Under the pieces are notes generated by a model. The model had not been told where the DNA came from and did not search any database. It saw only the letters and a program-made list of their open reading frames with translations. DNA of 63,207 nucleotides, filler included, from Hyphochytrium catenoides (lineage: Eukaryota; Protista; Hyphochytriomycota), in NCBI GenBank assembly GCA_900088475.1. It is 10 parts of 10 records of this genome, joined end to end, with 100 filler letters (N's around TTAATTAATTAA, not from the genome) between each part and the next. Parts side by side here need not be neighbours in the genome. Positions count along the whole stretch, not along the records: positions 8,897 to 20,439 come from FLMG01004385.1; positions 20,540 to 28,348 come from FLMG01000728.1; 8 more parts are not named here. One strand, written 5' to 3'. This document shows, in pieces, positions 12,242 through 24,198 of the stretch. Position 1 is the stretch's first letter, and each line of letters opens with the position of its first letter. A program made the position numbers and the translations under genes.

Positions 12242-12694
12242 CAGACAGAGACACACNNNNNNNNNNNNNNNNNNNNNNNNNNNNNNNNNNNNNNNNNNGA
12301 GAGAGAGAGAGAGAGGAGAAAATCAGATGCTGGGTTAGTAGTGATGTAGAAAACACCAAAGGGACAGCAAGGGTAGAGGAGAAAAGAAGGAGAGAGAGAC
12401 TGAGAAAAAGTAAGAAAGAGAGGATGCGGACAGACAGAGAGAGAGAGAAAGAGAGTGTAGCTCGTGAGTACCAGGAGGTTTAGAATAGGGAATGCCCTTG
12501 AAAAAGACGACTCCGTTCTCCCGCGCCCCTCGAACAGGACCAAACAGCGTTTCCGCCACTGTCTCTCGATGGGGAAGAGAGAGAGACTTCCCTCGTACGA
12601 AGCGAAAGACCCAACAGAGAGAGACAAGAGTCAAGAGAAAGACTAGGCAACGGGGAGGAAAGGAGAGACTCCTCTTTTCTCTCCTCTTCTCCAT
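9628..12694 (-). CDS. Type-B carboxylesterase/cholinesterase-family alpha/beta hydrolase, multi-exon, 3' end missing
   Basis: Exons 12694-12472, 12152-11622, 10927-~10557 (gap) and 9799-~9628; the first two introns are phase-consistent GT-AG. Motifs FKGIPYSKPP, SEDCLFLNIW, HGGGF, NYRLGVLGFL, GLQDQ, GNSAGA (nucleophile), LFHRMIFQSG, IGT..DEG. N-terminal hydrophobic segment. Catalytic His exon not seen. Confidence 0.93.
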
Positions 12695-13130
12695 ATTGCT
12701 TTGCTTGATCGCACCTTCCTCTCTTTCTCTCTTCCTACTTTTTTCTATCTTGCGTCTCTCTCTCTCTCTCACTCGGTCTGTTTCTGGAGTTCTCTCTTTC
12801 CTTTGCGGGCGTTGCCGTTGGAGAGAGAGAAAGAAGCTTATCTTGTGGCAAGGCCTCAGGTGGATCAATAAAGCAGCAGCAAGGGAAGAGTTGAAGAAAG
12901 TCAGGGAGAGAGAGAACAGCGTGCCAAAAAAAGAGAGATAGACAAAGAGGGAGAAGGAGAGTGGAGAAGAAGATTTTATGGGGAAGAAAGAAAAAGAGAG
13001 AATGAAAGGGTGGAAGAGGGAGAGAGAGACAGGAGAGAGATGTGGTCCGTCAAGTCAGCAGAACAGCTGCTGAGGGAAACAGAAAGCGCAGCAATCAGCA
13101 GCCTGTTGAGAGTGAGAGAGTGAGAGAGAC

Positions 13131-13191
<61 letters not shown>

Positions 13192-13931
13192 AACACATAG
13201 AAAGGCGGCTAAGGGCTGTGGCGATGGGTGTTAAGGAGAAAAGTCTGACGTGGTGGTGTCTACATCACGTCGGGCAGAAACCGCCGTGTGGCGGTTAAGG
13301 ATAAGGCAGATGAAACCTTAATACACTGTAGATTATAAAGTAGAAGAACTCCAGGCGGCGAAGGAATAGGTTGAGAGTGTCTTTTGTGCTCTTCCTAGTA
13401 GGACCTACTCCAAAAGTACTCCGGAGTAACTCTTTTTCTTTCTCTCTCTATTGTTCTCTCTCTCTCTGTCTCTCTCTCTTCTCTCTCTCTCTCCTCCCTC
13501 TCTATTGTTTGCTCTCTCTCTCACTCTCTCTGTCTGTCTCTCTCTCTCTCTCTTTTTCCGTGCCCCTTCGTCTTCGTTCTCAAGTGTTCTCTCCCTTCCT
13601 TCTTTTCTCTGTCTCTGTCTCTCTCTTCTTCCTTCTTGGTTTGACGACGTTTCATTCGGAGCAGAATCTTCCTCTCCCTTCAATGGCAGCGGAGGTGAAA
13701 TGACCAAAGATTGAGACAGAGAGAGAGAAAAAAAGAAAAAAAGAGAGAGAGAAAGAGAAAGAGAGAGAGAGAGAGCTATGATAGAAAGGTTTGGAAGAGA
13801 GAGATCAAACAATAGATAGTAAAAGTAGAAAGGTAGCACCGACTAGAGAGGAATAATAGGAGGGAGGAGAAGAAGAAGAAAAGGGAATTATCGTTTAACC
13901 AAATAAAAGCGAGGAGTATTAAAGGAGAGAA

Positions 13932-13976
<45 letters not shown>

Positions 13977-14804
13977 AAGAAAGAAAAGAAGAGAAAGAGA
14001 GAATAAGGTACCTTGATAATGATAAAATCGAAGGAAAGGAGGGTCAATCAGACGGTAGATAATCAAGAAAGATAGGGAGAGAAAGAAAGAGACAGGGAGA
14101 GAGATAGTACGCAGAAGAGAAGAGATGCCACGGAAGAAGATCGTTGCAGATTGTTGACGAAAGAAGATGGAAGAGGGGAGAGAGAGAAAGAGAGAGAGAG
14201 AGAGCGACAGAGGAGAAGATATGTTAATAATTGAAAAGAAATAGAGAGAGAGAGAGAGCGAAAAGAGAGGAGAAAGACGATAGGTAACTGAGGAACAGGA
14301 AAGGAAAGGAAAGACAGACAGACAGACAGATAGATATACACAAGGAGAGAGAAAGAGACGGGGAGAGAGAGAGAGAGAGAGAGGACAGAGAGTTAAGAAA
14401 GAGAGAGAAAGGGATATATATATAGAGAGAGAACGAGGGAGAAGAAGACGAAGAAAGAGAGGGGAGAAAGAGAGAAGTGCCCCAAGAATTGCTGTGCAAT
14501 AGGCGAACAGTCTCTTCTTTAGAGTTATCAGCCTCTCTCTCTCCTCATCCGCACCCCGAAGACAGAGAAAAGGTCGAGGCTTTATATCTTAGCAGGCCAG
14601 AAACGTGAGAGAAAAAAAGAAGAGAGAGAGAGAAAAAGAGAAGGTGGCTGGCGAGGGACAGAAAGAAGTACGATATATGACGGAAAGGAAGAAACAAAGG
14701 CAGAAACAGAGAGAGAGAGAGAGAGAAAGAGAGAGAAAGAAGAGAGAACGCAGTGAAAGAGTGAAGGCTAGAGAAGAGAGTCAGGAAGAGAGAGAGAGAG
14801 AGAG

Positions 14805-14953
14805 CTATAGCACGAGGTCGCAGACGAACTGTGAGAATCTGGGTCCATATTCCTCTGGCGGGACGACCGAGAAAGAGTTGTCAAAGTCCTGNNNNNNNNN
14901 NNNNNNNNNNNNNNNNNNNNNNNNNNNNNNNNNNNNNNNNNNNNNNNNNNNNN

Positions 14954-14997
<44 letters not shown>

Positions 14998-15688
14998 GAG
15001 TAAGTTTCTTGGCAAGGAGAAAGGAAGGGAATTGTGAGAGGAAAACGAGAGAGAAAGCGAGTAGAGAAAGGATACAAATGTTTTCATAGAAAGAAGAAGG
15101 ATACGAAGGGAAAGTGATAGGTTTTCTTGAAGAGAGAGAGAGGCGATATGAGGAAGAGAATGGAAAGTACTCTGTGTGAGCAATTGGAGAGAGAGAACAA
15201 GATATTTATAAAATTGGCCAAGACTGTTATAAGAGGTTAGAAGTAGAAGAGAAAGAGAGAGAGAGAGAGTGTGTGTGAGAACGAGGGTGAAAGAGAAAGA
15301 GATAGAGAGAGCTGTTGAGGTAAGAGAAAGAATTATGAACACACAGGAGATGGAGGACTGTATCTTTCTACTCTTTTACCTGTTCTCCCTCAACAATTTT
15401 CTTGTCTCCGTTCTCTCCTTCTTCCTCTCTCCAACTGTTCATCCCGCCCGCGTCCTGTTGGAACACTGAGAGGCCAGGGTCTTCTCCCTATGAGGAAAGA
15501 GAGAGAGAGAGACCGTCAAGGAGGGAGAGAGAAGAGAGAGAGAAGAGATTTAGAATCAAAATCTTTATTTACCTGACCAGCATGTCTCTCTCTCTTTTTT
15601 CGTATTTGTCTCGAGCTTTCTTTCTCTCCTCTGTTGTCTTCCTAATCTCTCTGTCTCTCATGTGGTGCGACTTTCCCTCCCCTGCCTT

Positions 15689-15739
<51 letters not shown>

Positions 15740-16106
15740 TTCTCTCTTTCTCTCTTTCTCTCTCTCCTTTCAGTGGTCTTTCTCTGTCTTTCTGTCTCAC
15801 CAGCTGGGGCTGCGGCTGCTCAGGGAGAGATGGAGAGGCCTTTTCTTTCTCTTTTGACTTGTCATGGACGCCAACCAGGAGAGAATAGTCAATGATGCCA
15901 TTGTTCCGCAAGAAAGCTGAGTCCTGCTTAATCTGTTCGGAAAGTCTGAAAGAGACAGAGAGAGAGAGAAAAAGAGAGAGAGAAACGGAGAGAGAGAAAA
16001 AGAGAGAGAGAAAAAGAGAGAGAAAGAGAAAATCAAAGACATGACAAGGGTGAGTATCGCATCCAGTCCAATCCTGGGTTGTGTCTCATACTTCCTTTGG
16101 CTACTT

Positions 16107-16137
<31 letters not shown>

Positions 16138-16517
16138 CTAGTCTCTATGTTCTCTCTCTCCTTCTTGAAGTCTCTACTTTTCTCTCTCTGTGTCTCTCTT
16201 ACGCGTTCCCTTTCTCCACTCTTTCTCTTTTCTTAATCTGGCTCGGGGGAGCCGCCCTCTCTCTGTCTGTTCTCTCCCTCTCTTGGATTTCTTCCCCTTC
16301 GCTCTCTTCTCTATTTGTCTCCCTCTTGTCCCCTTTTTCTCTCTCGCTTCCTCTCTCTCTCTTCCTCTCTCTCCCCCTCTCTCTATTCATCATACCTCTC
16401 TGCATACTTGGGCCCAACCTGCAAGGTTTTCTGCAGTTTGATGACGTCGAGATCCTTGTACACCACGCCAGGCTTGTGCAGATTGCTCTCTCCCACCGTG
16501 CGACCCTGACGGGAGCC

Positions 16518-16564
<47 letters not shown>

Positions 16565-16651
16565 ATAGAGATAGATAGAGAAAGAGAGAGAGTGTTTAGA
16601 GAGAGAGAGAGAGGTGTAGAGAGAGAGTGTAGGGAGAGAGAGGGTGGGTGT

Positions 16652-16706
<55 letters not shown>

Positions 16707-16711
16707 GATAG

Positions 16712-16775
<64 letters not shown>

Positions 16776-16805
16776 GAGAGAAAGAGAGAGGAGAGAAAGA
16801 GAGAG

Positions 16806-16839
<34 letters not shown>

Positions 16840-17505
16840 AGAAAAAGAGAGAGGAGAGAGAGAGAGAGGGAGAGAGAGAGGGGGGAATAGAGCATAGAGG
16901 TGTCAGTTTGAAGTGACAGAGCTAAGGCGGGGGAGGGACAGTGATGAAGATGGCGGAGAATAAAAGGAGAGAAAGGAGGAGCTATGAAAAGAAAGAGGCC
17001 TCTAAGAGAAGAGAGAAAGAGGGAGTTCTTGTCGCGTGTTGCGCCATTCAGGAGGGAATGAATCGCTGTATGCACAGCATACAGAGACAGATAGAGAGAG
17101 AGAGAGAGAGAAAGAAAGATAGAGAAGGAAAGAGAGAAAAGAGAGAGAAGGAAAGAGAGAGAAAGAGAGAGAGAAAAGAAAGAAAGAGAGCGGGAGAGCG
17201 AGAGAAAGAAAGTGGCAGAAAGATAGACAGATGCGAAAAGAGAGAGAGGGAGAGAGAGAGAGTTTGAGAGAAAGAGGAGAGAGAGAGACAGAAAGAGGAG
17301 AGAGAGAGAGAGACAGGAAGAGGAGAGAGAGAGAGAGAGACAATGAGAGCCCTAGACCTTTGAGATCCCATCTCTCATGGATCTTGAGGGCGGTGTTGAA
17401 CACATTTCCCATGACGACAAAGTGATACTCTTCCCTGCCCAGCGCCAGCTTGTACAGCCCGTACAGCCGCGTCAGGAGAGTGTCACGGTGGTTCAAGATG
17501 TACCT

Positions 17506-17555
<50 letters not shown>

Positions 17556-17701
17556 GAGAAAGAGAGAAAGGAAGAGAGAGAAAAAGAGAGAGAGAGTAAG
17601 AGAGAGAGAGAAAGAGAGAGAGAAAGGGAGAGAAAGAGAGAGAGAGAAAGAGAGAGAGAAAGGGAGAGAAAGAGAGAGAGAGAGAGAGAAAGAGAGAGAA
17701 A

Positions 17702-17735
<34 letters not shown>

Positions 17736-18350
17736 TGATTGAGGTGGAGCGCAGGATAGAGAGAGGAGAAGAAGAGAGGTAGAGAAGGGAGAAATAGATA
17801 GATTTGAAAGAAAATATTAGAAGAGACGAAGAGAGACGGAGAGGGATTCTTGGTAAAAGAGAGAAAGGTCTAAGGGGAGAGAGAGAAAGAGATTCAGAAA
17901 GTTGGCCACACGCAGTAGAGAGGAAGAAAGGCTATGTTTCCACGGAATGCGATGATAAAGAGAGAAAGCGACCAAAAGGGATCCAAAGCGAGAGAGATGG
18001 AAAAGGAGGCGACACAAAAGAGAGAGAGACAGAGAGACAGAAAAAAGAGAGAGAGAGAGAGAGAGGAGAGGGAGAACAGAGAGAATAAAGACAGTGAATG
18101 ACAGCGGGAGAGAGAAAGAAAGAGAGAAAGACACAGAGAACAAAGACAGTGAATGACAGACGGCGCGAGAGAGAAAGAGAGAAGGGCAGAGAGAGAGCGT
18201 GAGAGAGAGAAAGACAGAGGCTGTCTCACCCTCTGTACGCGACAATCATGTTGACCAGCGTCTCGCATTCTTTCTTGCTGATGGTCTTCACCATGAACTT
18301 GGAGTCGGGAGAGTAGTAGAAGAAAGAACCGCTCTTTCCTTCCGACACCT

Positions 18351-18435
<85 letters not shown>

Positions 18436-18897
18436 CAGAGAGAGAGAGAAAATGAGTGAGGGAAGGCCAAGCCCGAGAAAGACGGCAGGTCCTCTTTCTA
18501 TCTCACCACCAGGCGAACCGAGATTTCTTCTCTCGTTTTCTCCTTTCTCTCCCAAACGTTTTCTCTTCTCTTTTCTTGTTCCATTATCTCCACTACCACA
18601 GCTCCCTCACTCTCTCCCTTGGTGCCCTCTTGTTCCGTGTTCTCTGGCTCTGCCGTTCTCTTTCTTCCCCTCCTTCTCTCTCCCCCCTTCTCTCTCTTTC
18701 TCTCTCTTTCTCTCTCTTTCTCTCTCTTTCTCTCTCTCTCTGTCAGCTTCTCTCTCCCTCTTTTTATGCTCTTGCCTTCTGTCTTTTCATCCTTCTTTTC
18801 CCTCTGCTTCTCTCTCCTCGCTCTTCTCATTCTCCTCTTTCTCATCCTCTATCCCTCGCTCTTCTTTATATCTCTCTCTCTTCTCCTTTTCTCTCCT

Positions 18898-18938
<41 letters not shown>

Positions 18939-19017
18939 TTCTCTNNNNNNNNNNNNNNNNNNNNNNNNNNNNNNNNNNNNNNNNNNNNNNNNNNNNNNNN
19001 NNNNNNNNNNNNNNNNN

Positions 19018-19066
<49 letters not shown>

Positions 19067-20074
19067 CTCTCTCTCTCTACATGAGCTCACCTGTTCAGAG
19101 AGACAGCCAATGTCTCCCATGAGGAGAGAGCCCATCAGCTGCTTGAGTCCGAGAGAGAGAATGTAAGAATCGTCGCAGATCCCGAACGAGTCTCGAATCT
19201 CTTTGAAGACATGAGGAGCGAACGACGTGATCCGCTGATTACTGCAGAGAGAGAGAGAAGAGAGAAAGAGAGAGAGTGACAGCGAGAGATTGAGAGAGAG
19301 GGAGAGAATGACAGAGAGAGGGAGAGATTGGGAAGGAGAGAGATTGAGAGGGAGAGGTTGAGAGAGAGAGAGGTTGAGAGAGAGAGAGAGAGACAGAGAG
19401 AAATAAAGAGAGAGAGAGAGAGAGAAAGGGAGAAAGTAAAAGGAGAGGAAGGATGCAGCATAGAGTCAGAGAAGCAAGTCTTTCTTTTCTTTTATATCTC
19501 TCTCTCTCTCTCTTTACCTGTCATTGAATAGCTCATAGGTAATGAGAGACATCCGCCGGGGCCGGAACGTAGGCTTGTAGAATGTACTGAGGGAGAGAGA
19601 GAGAGGGGAGAGAAGAGAGAGAGAGAGAGAGAAGAGTGAGTGAAGGGACTCCCTCTAATTCTAGGCGCCGAGCAAGTGGAGGAAGAGAGACAACCATTCC
19701 TTCCAGCTCTTCTCTCCTCTCTCTCTCTAGCTCGTCCTTATCTCTCCTTAACCTTCCCTCTCTCTCATTTTCCATCCTAAGTGTGTCTTTTCAGCTTTCT
19801 CCTACTCTGTCTTTTTATCCTGATGGTTAACCTCTCTCTCTCTTCTCTCTCTCTCTCTCTCTGTCTCCCTTTCCAGGTCCAGCTCTCACCTTCCTTGTCC
19901 TCTGGGCTCTTCGGAGAGCTCTTCCATATCTAGCGCTGTTTCTTCCCGGGAAGGAGAGAGAAGACGCTCTCTCTCTCTCCTTTTGATCACCGCCTGAAGA
20001 CTGGCGATCCACTCCGCCAGCGCACGGGGAGAGTCAGCGCGCAAGTCAAGGAGCCCGCGCTCTGGGTGCCAGAT
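14805..20074 (-). CDS. Phosphatidylinositol-phosphate kinase (PIP5K family) with the C-terminal part of a PH domain upstream, multi-exon, 5' end missing
   Basis: Phase-consistent exons 20074-19890, 19586-19518, 19241-19091, 18348-18230, 17503-17358, 16516-16396, 15945-~15801, 15487-15380 and ~14891-14805. Motifs FAPHVFKEIRDSFGI, SEGKSGSFFYYS, KFMVKTI, TLLTRLYGLY, VMGNVF, WDLKGS, KDLD, IIDYSLLVG, SVVPPEEYGPRF. The IIDIL segment is not seen and probably lies in the N gap 14892-14953. Confidence 0.92.
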
Positions 20075-20439
20075 CTATAGAAAGAAAGAGAGAGAAAGAG
20101 AGAGAGAGAAAGAAGAAAAAAGAAAGAGAGAAAGAGAGAGATAAGATGAGGCAAATAGGGTGAAGAGAGATAGAATGTGAACGGAGAGAAAGGAAAGATA
20201 TGCTTAGTGTCCCTTGTGTGTCGGTCTGAATTGCCGTAGCACGTCATAAGAAAGAAATAAAGAATAAGAGAGAGGGAGAGAGAGAGAGAGAGACAAGAGA
20301 GAGGAAGAAAGGCGAGAGGGAGAAGATGACGTAAAAATAGAGATATACAATCCCACACGTAGCAGATAAGAAAGTGAGGGAGAGAGGGGGGAAGAGAGAA
20401 AGAAGAGAACAGATCCTCACAAGAGAAGAGAGAGAGAGA

Positions 20440-20539
20440 NNNNNNNNNNNNNNNNNNNNNNNNNNNNNNNNNNNNNNNNNNNNTTAATTAATTAANNNNN
20501 NNNNNNNNNNNNNNNNNNNNNNNNNNNNNNNNNNNNNNN
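20440..20539. other. Artificial scaffold spacer
   Basis: 44 N + TTAATTAATTAA + 44 N. Confidence 0.95.
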
Positions 20540-20582
20540 AGAGAGATAGAGAGAGAGAGAGAGAGGAGAACGAGCTTCTTAC

Positions 20583-20761
20583 CTAACAAAGACAACTGGC
20601 TTCTTCTGATATTTCCTCTGGAAATGCTCCTCTATCTCCTGATACTTTGCCGCTGCCTCTTCGCTCTTCTCCCCGTAGATCTCCTCCAAAGAATGACAGA
20701 CAGGGATCTCTGTCTCTTCTCTCTCTCCCTCTTCCCTCTTCTCTTCTCCCCGATAGCTCAT
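20583..20761 (-). CDS. First exon of a galactokinase / GalNAc kinase (GHMP family); remainder off-scaffold
   Basis: IPVCHSLEEIYG...EEHFQRKYQKKPVVFVR resembles the N-terminus that precedes (A/S)PGRVNLIGEH in eukaryotic GAL1/GALK2 proteins. The exon ends at a GTAAG donor. Confidence 0.7.
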
Positions 20762-21440
20762 GGTGCTGCCCTGACTGCCTCTCTCCTTCTCTATTTCTTC
20801 TGGATCGTGTCCTTCTTCCTCTTAGAGAGCAAAGGATATAAATATGAGCTGATGCGGTAGAAAGATTTTTCTGACAAAGATTTGATGGTTTGTCTCCTCT
20901 CTTTCTCTCTCTTTTCTCTCCCTCTTCTCTCTATACCTCAAGGCTGTTTTCTCTCGGTTCCTGTCTTGCACTGCCTTCCCTCTCCCTCTCTCTCTCTCTC
21001 TCCTCCTCCTCTTTCTCTCTCTCTCTCTNNNNNNNNNNNNNNNNNNNNNNNNNNNNNNNNNNNNTCTCTCTCTCTCTTTCTCTTTCTCCCCTTCTCTTCC
21101 CCTCTCTCTCTCTCTCTCTCTGTCTCGCTCTGTGTCTCTCTCTCTCTCTCTCTCTTACTCTGTCTCTCTCTCTCCGACACCTATCTGGAGCGTGATCACT
21201 GCGCACTTTGTGTAATAACCGCCTTGACCAGGAACCTGTGCGAAAAGTCACAAACATTTGACAAGTCAGGTATAAATGCGCACCACTTTGTCTTGCAGCA
21301 TATCCTGAGATTCTTACTCGTAGGATGAAAAGCCCATAATTGTATGATGATTGTGCGGAAAAAAGAAGAGGCGGACTTTCAAGGAGCATTTCCCTACATA
21401 AAGTGCGCTCTAGTTGGATTTGGCTACTGTCGTTACTCGA

Positions 21441-21910
21441 AGGAGAGGAAGAAGGAGGAAGAAGAAGAAGAAGGAAGAAGAAGAGCGAGGGGAAGAAGGA
21501 AAGAAGAAGAAGGAAGGGGAAGAAGAAGACAGGACAAGAAGAAAAGAGGAAAGAAGAAGAAGGAAGAAGAAGACCGAGGAAGAAGAAAAGAGGAAGGAAA
21601 GAAGAAGGAGAAGGAAGAAGAAGCGAAGAAGAAGGAAGAGGAAGACGGAAGAAGAAGAAAACGAGGAAGAAAGAAGAAGGAAAAAGAAGAAGAACAGCAA
21701 AGAAGAAGGAAGAAGAAGGAGAAAGGAAGGAAGAAAGAAGAAGACGGAGGAGGAAGAAGGAAGAAAGAAGAACGAAGAAGAAGAGAAGAGCAAAGAAGAA
21801 GGAGGGAGAAGATGGAAGAGAAGAAGGAAGAGGAAGAAGGAAGAAGGAAGAAGAAGACGAAGGAAGAAGAAGGAAGAAGGAAAGAGGAAGAAGGAAGACT
21901 AAGAAGAGAC
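21441..21910. repeat. Near-pure polypurine GAA/GGA low-complexity tract
   Basis: About 470 bp almost devoid of T, built from GAAGAAGGA variants. Confidence 0.9.
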
Positions 21911-22186
21911 AGCAAGAGCTACTACTGCTTGGTCCTTTCCTTCATCAACGCTCCTTCTCAACACCGCCATCATGATCAGAAAAGGAAGAACCACACTTGA
22001 ACTCCATAAACAACAGGAAGAGAGGAAGATGAAGAGGAGATGATGAAGACCCCAGGAGACCATTTTAATCACATTCGAAGCGTCTTCTCTTCATGAACCG
22101 CCACCGAGACTCTCGAAAATGTTACTTCATTTTGACGATTCTCTCTTCTTCGCTTCGAATATTCAAAAATGCTTGAATGGGAATTA

Positions 22187-22240
<54 letters not shown>

Positions 22241-22967
22241 TGCCGCTCTGCTTTCTTCTGCTCTGCTTGCTGCTCTTTTGCGTGCTGCCCTTCTCATGCA
22301 CTTTGTCTACTATTCACCTTCTCTTCGTCTTTCTTTGTTCGTCGTGCCACCTTCTTCTGGAGCATTTCTTTATTGTTGTTGCCAGTCCTCTCTTCTCTCT
22401 CTTCTCTTGGAGCATTCTTTATTATAATTCGCTATCATCTTTCTGTCTTGGGACATTCTATACGCTTGGCTCTATCATCTTCTCTCTCTAAGAGAGAATA
22501 CCCGGCGTGTTCCTCTTCTATCGCCTCACGCAAGGCAGCGACCTGCTTCTCTTCATTACCTTATATAGAAAAGGATGGATGGCAATGACGCGGCCAAAGA
22601 AGAAAGAAAGCGACGAAAGATTGGTCTAAGGAGGAAGGCGGCCGGACGGAAGGAGTGGAGCAGAAAAGAGAGAGAGATAGAAAGAGAGAGAGAAAGAGAG
22701 AGAGAAAGAGCGCGCGCGAGAGCGATAGTGAGAGAGAGAGAGAGAAAGAGAAAGAGAGGAGTATGAGACTGAAGACAGTAGCTTCAGAAGAAGGAGAAGC
22801 GAGGATGCGTACTAGGTAACAAACGACATCCCAATAACTTGCTAACGGAGAGAGAGAGAGAGAGAGAGTAGATATAGAGAAGAAGAGAGAGCGAGAGAGA
22901 GAGACAGAAGGAGAGAGAAGGGAAAAGAGAGGAGAGAGAAGGAGAGATGGCTTCTGAAAGCACACTA

Positions 22968-24198
22968 TTAGCTCTTAAGCGGCGAAGGAGGAGGGAGGAG
23001 ACAGGTACTGATCGGTGGTCCTTCTGTTTCGCCTCTTTCCTCTCCCTCATCTGCTCTCCCTTTCCCTCCTTCTCCTTCTCCTTCTCCTGCTCCTGCTGCT
23101 GCTGGCACTGAAGAGGTCTTTAAAGGCTTTGGCCTTGGATTCACGGATCTGGACTTGAAGACGCCTCTGAGGGAGGATTTGAGCCACGTGATGGCGTCGA
23201 TAGGAGAGAGGCGAGGAGGAGGAGAGTTGTTCTCTCTCCCTTTCTCTTTATTAGTCTCTCTCTTTCTTCGCACCATCGCCACAGAGTCCTTCGGTTGCAC
23301 TCGAAACATCTGAGAGAAGAGACAGACAGGGTGCGGAGGATAGAGATTAGAAAGACAATGGTTGGGTAGAGGAGAGCGAAAAGATGGAGAGAGAGAGAGA
23401 GAGAGGGAGAGAGAGAGAGAGGGAGAGAGAGAGAGAGAGAGAGAAAGTGAGACATACAGAGAGAGAGAGACACAAAGAGACAGAGAGAGAGAGAGAAATA
23501 GAATGAGAGAGCAGGTGCGAATGGGAGAAGGAGGAGAAGAGAGGGAGGGCGAGAGATAGTCAACAAACAGCATGCAAGAAGGGGTGGTGTAAAAAGAGAG
23601 AGAGGAGAGCAAAATGAAGGCTAGAAAGAGGACGGAAAGAGAGTACAAGAGAAGAGACAGAGCAGTTCTATTCCTAAGAAGAGCTACGGGGAGAGGAAAT
23701 ATACCGAGGAGAGAAAGAAGAGAGAGAGAGAGAAGAAAAACCTTTCCACCTTACCTGCTGTGTTTCACTGATGGCTATAGAACCTCTGCTGCTCTCTGAC
23801 AAACTTCTTCCCCGCTTTGAGGGACTTCCTCCTCCTTCCACGGGAGAGAGAGAGAGAGAAGGAGACGGTGGAGGACTAATCTTAAGAGAGAGAGGAGTTC
23901 CTCCTCCTCCTCCTAGGCCAGCTACGACATTCTCTTCGTCTCTCGCACTTCGCACTGTGGCGAGGGGAAACGTCTCTCTCTCTCTCTTCTTCGTGTGCGG
24001 AGATGGTGAACGTCTCTCTCCTGTTCCTCCTCCACCTCCTCCTCCTCCTCCAGCCACTCCTTGTTTTCCAGTGATGACGAGAGGAGGAAGAAGAAGAATG
24101 TCTCCTCTTTTCTCTCCGATTTTGCCTTCTCCTCCTCTTTTTCTCTCTCCTAGTTCTGCTCCCTCGCTCTCTCTTTCCAGTCTATTACCACCTTGCAT
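22968..24198 (-). CDS. Two-exon hypothetical low-complexity protein (~261 aa)
   Basis: Exon 24198-23755 (ATG to CAG|GTAAG) and exon 23309-22968 (CAG|ATG to stop) join in phase 0. The intron is CT-rich on the sense strand like those of neighbouring genes. No recognisable domain. Confidence 0.55.

Noticed and set aside
12900-19500. Many long LSLSLS / ERERER ORFs
   Set aside because: Stop-free by-products of (CT)n/(GA)n repeats, mostly in introns of real genes.
19890-20761. Galactokinase-PH-PIP5K fusion
   Set aside because: A scaffold spacer at 20440-20539 separates the exons.
21340-22000. 200-aa Lys/Glu/Arg-rich proteins
   Set aside because: Open in several frames only because the GAA/GGA tract lacks T.
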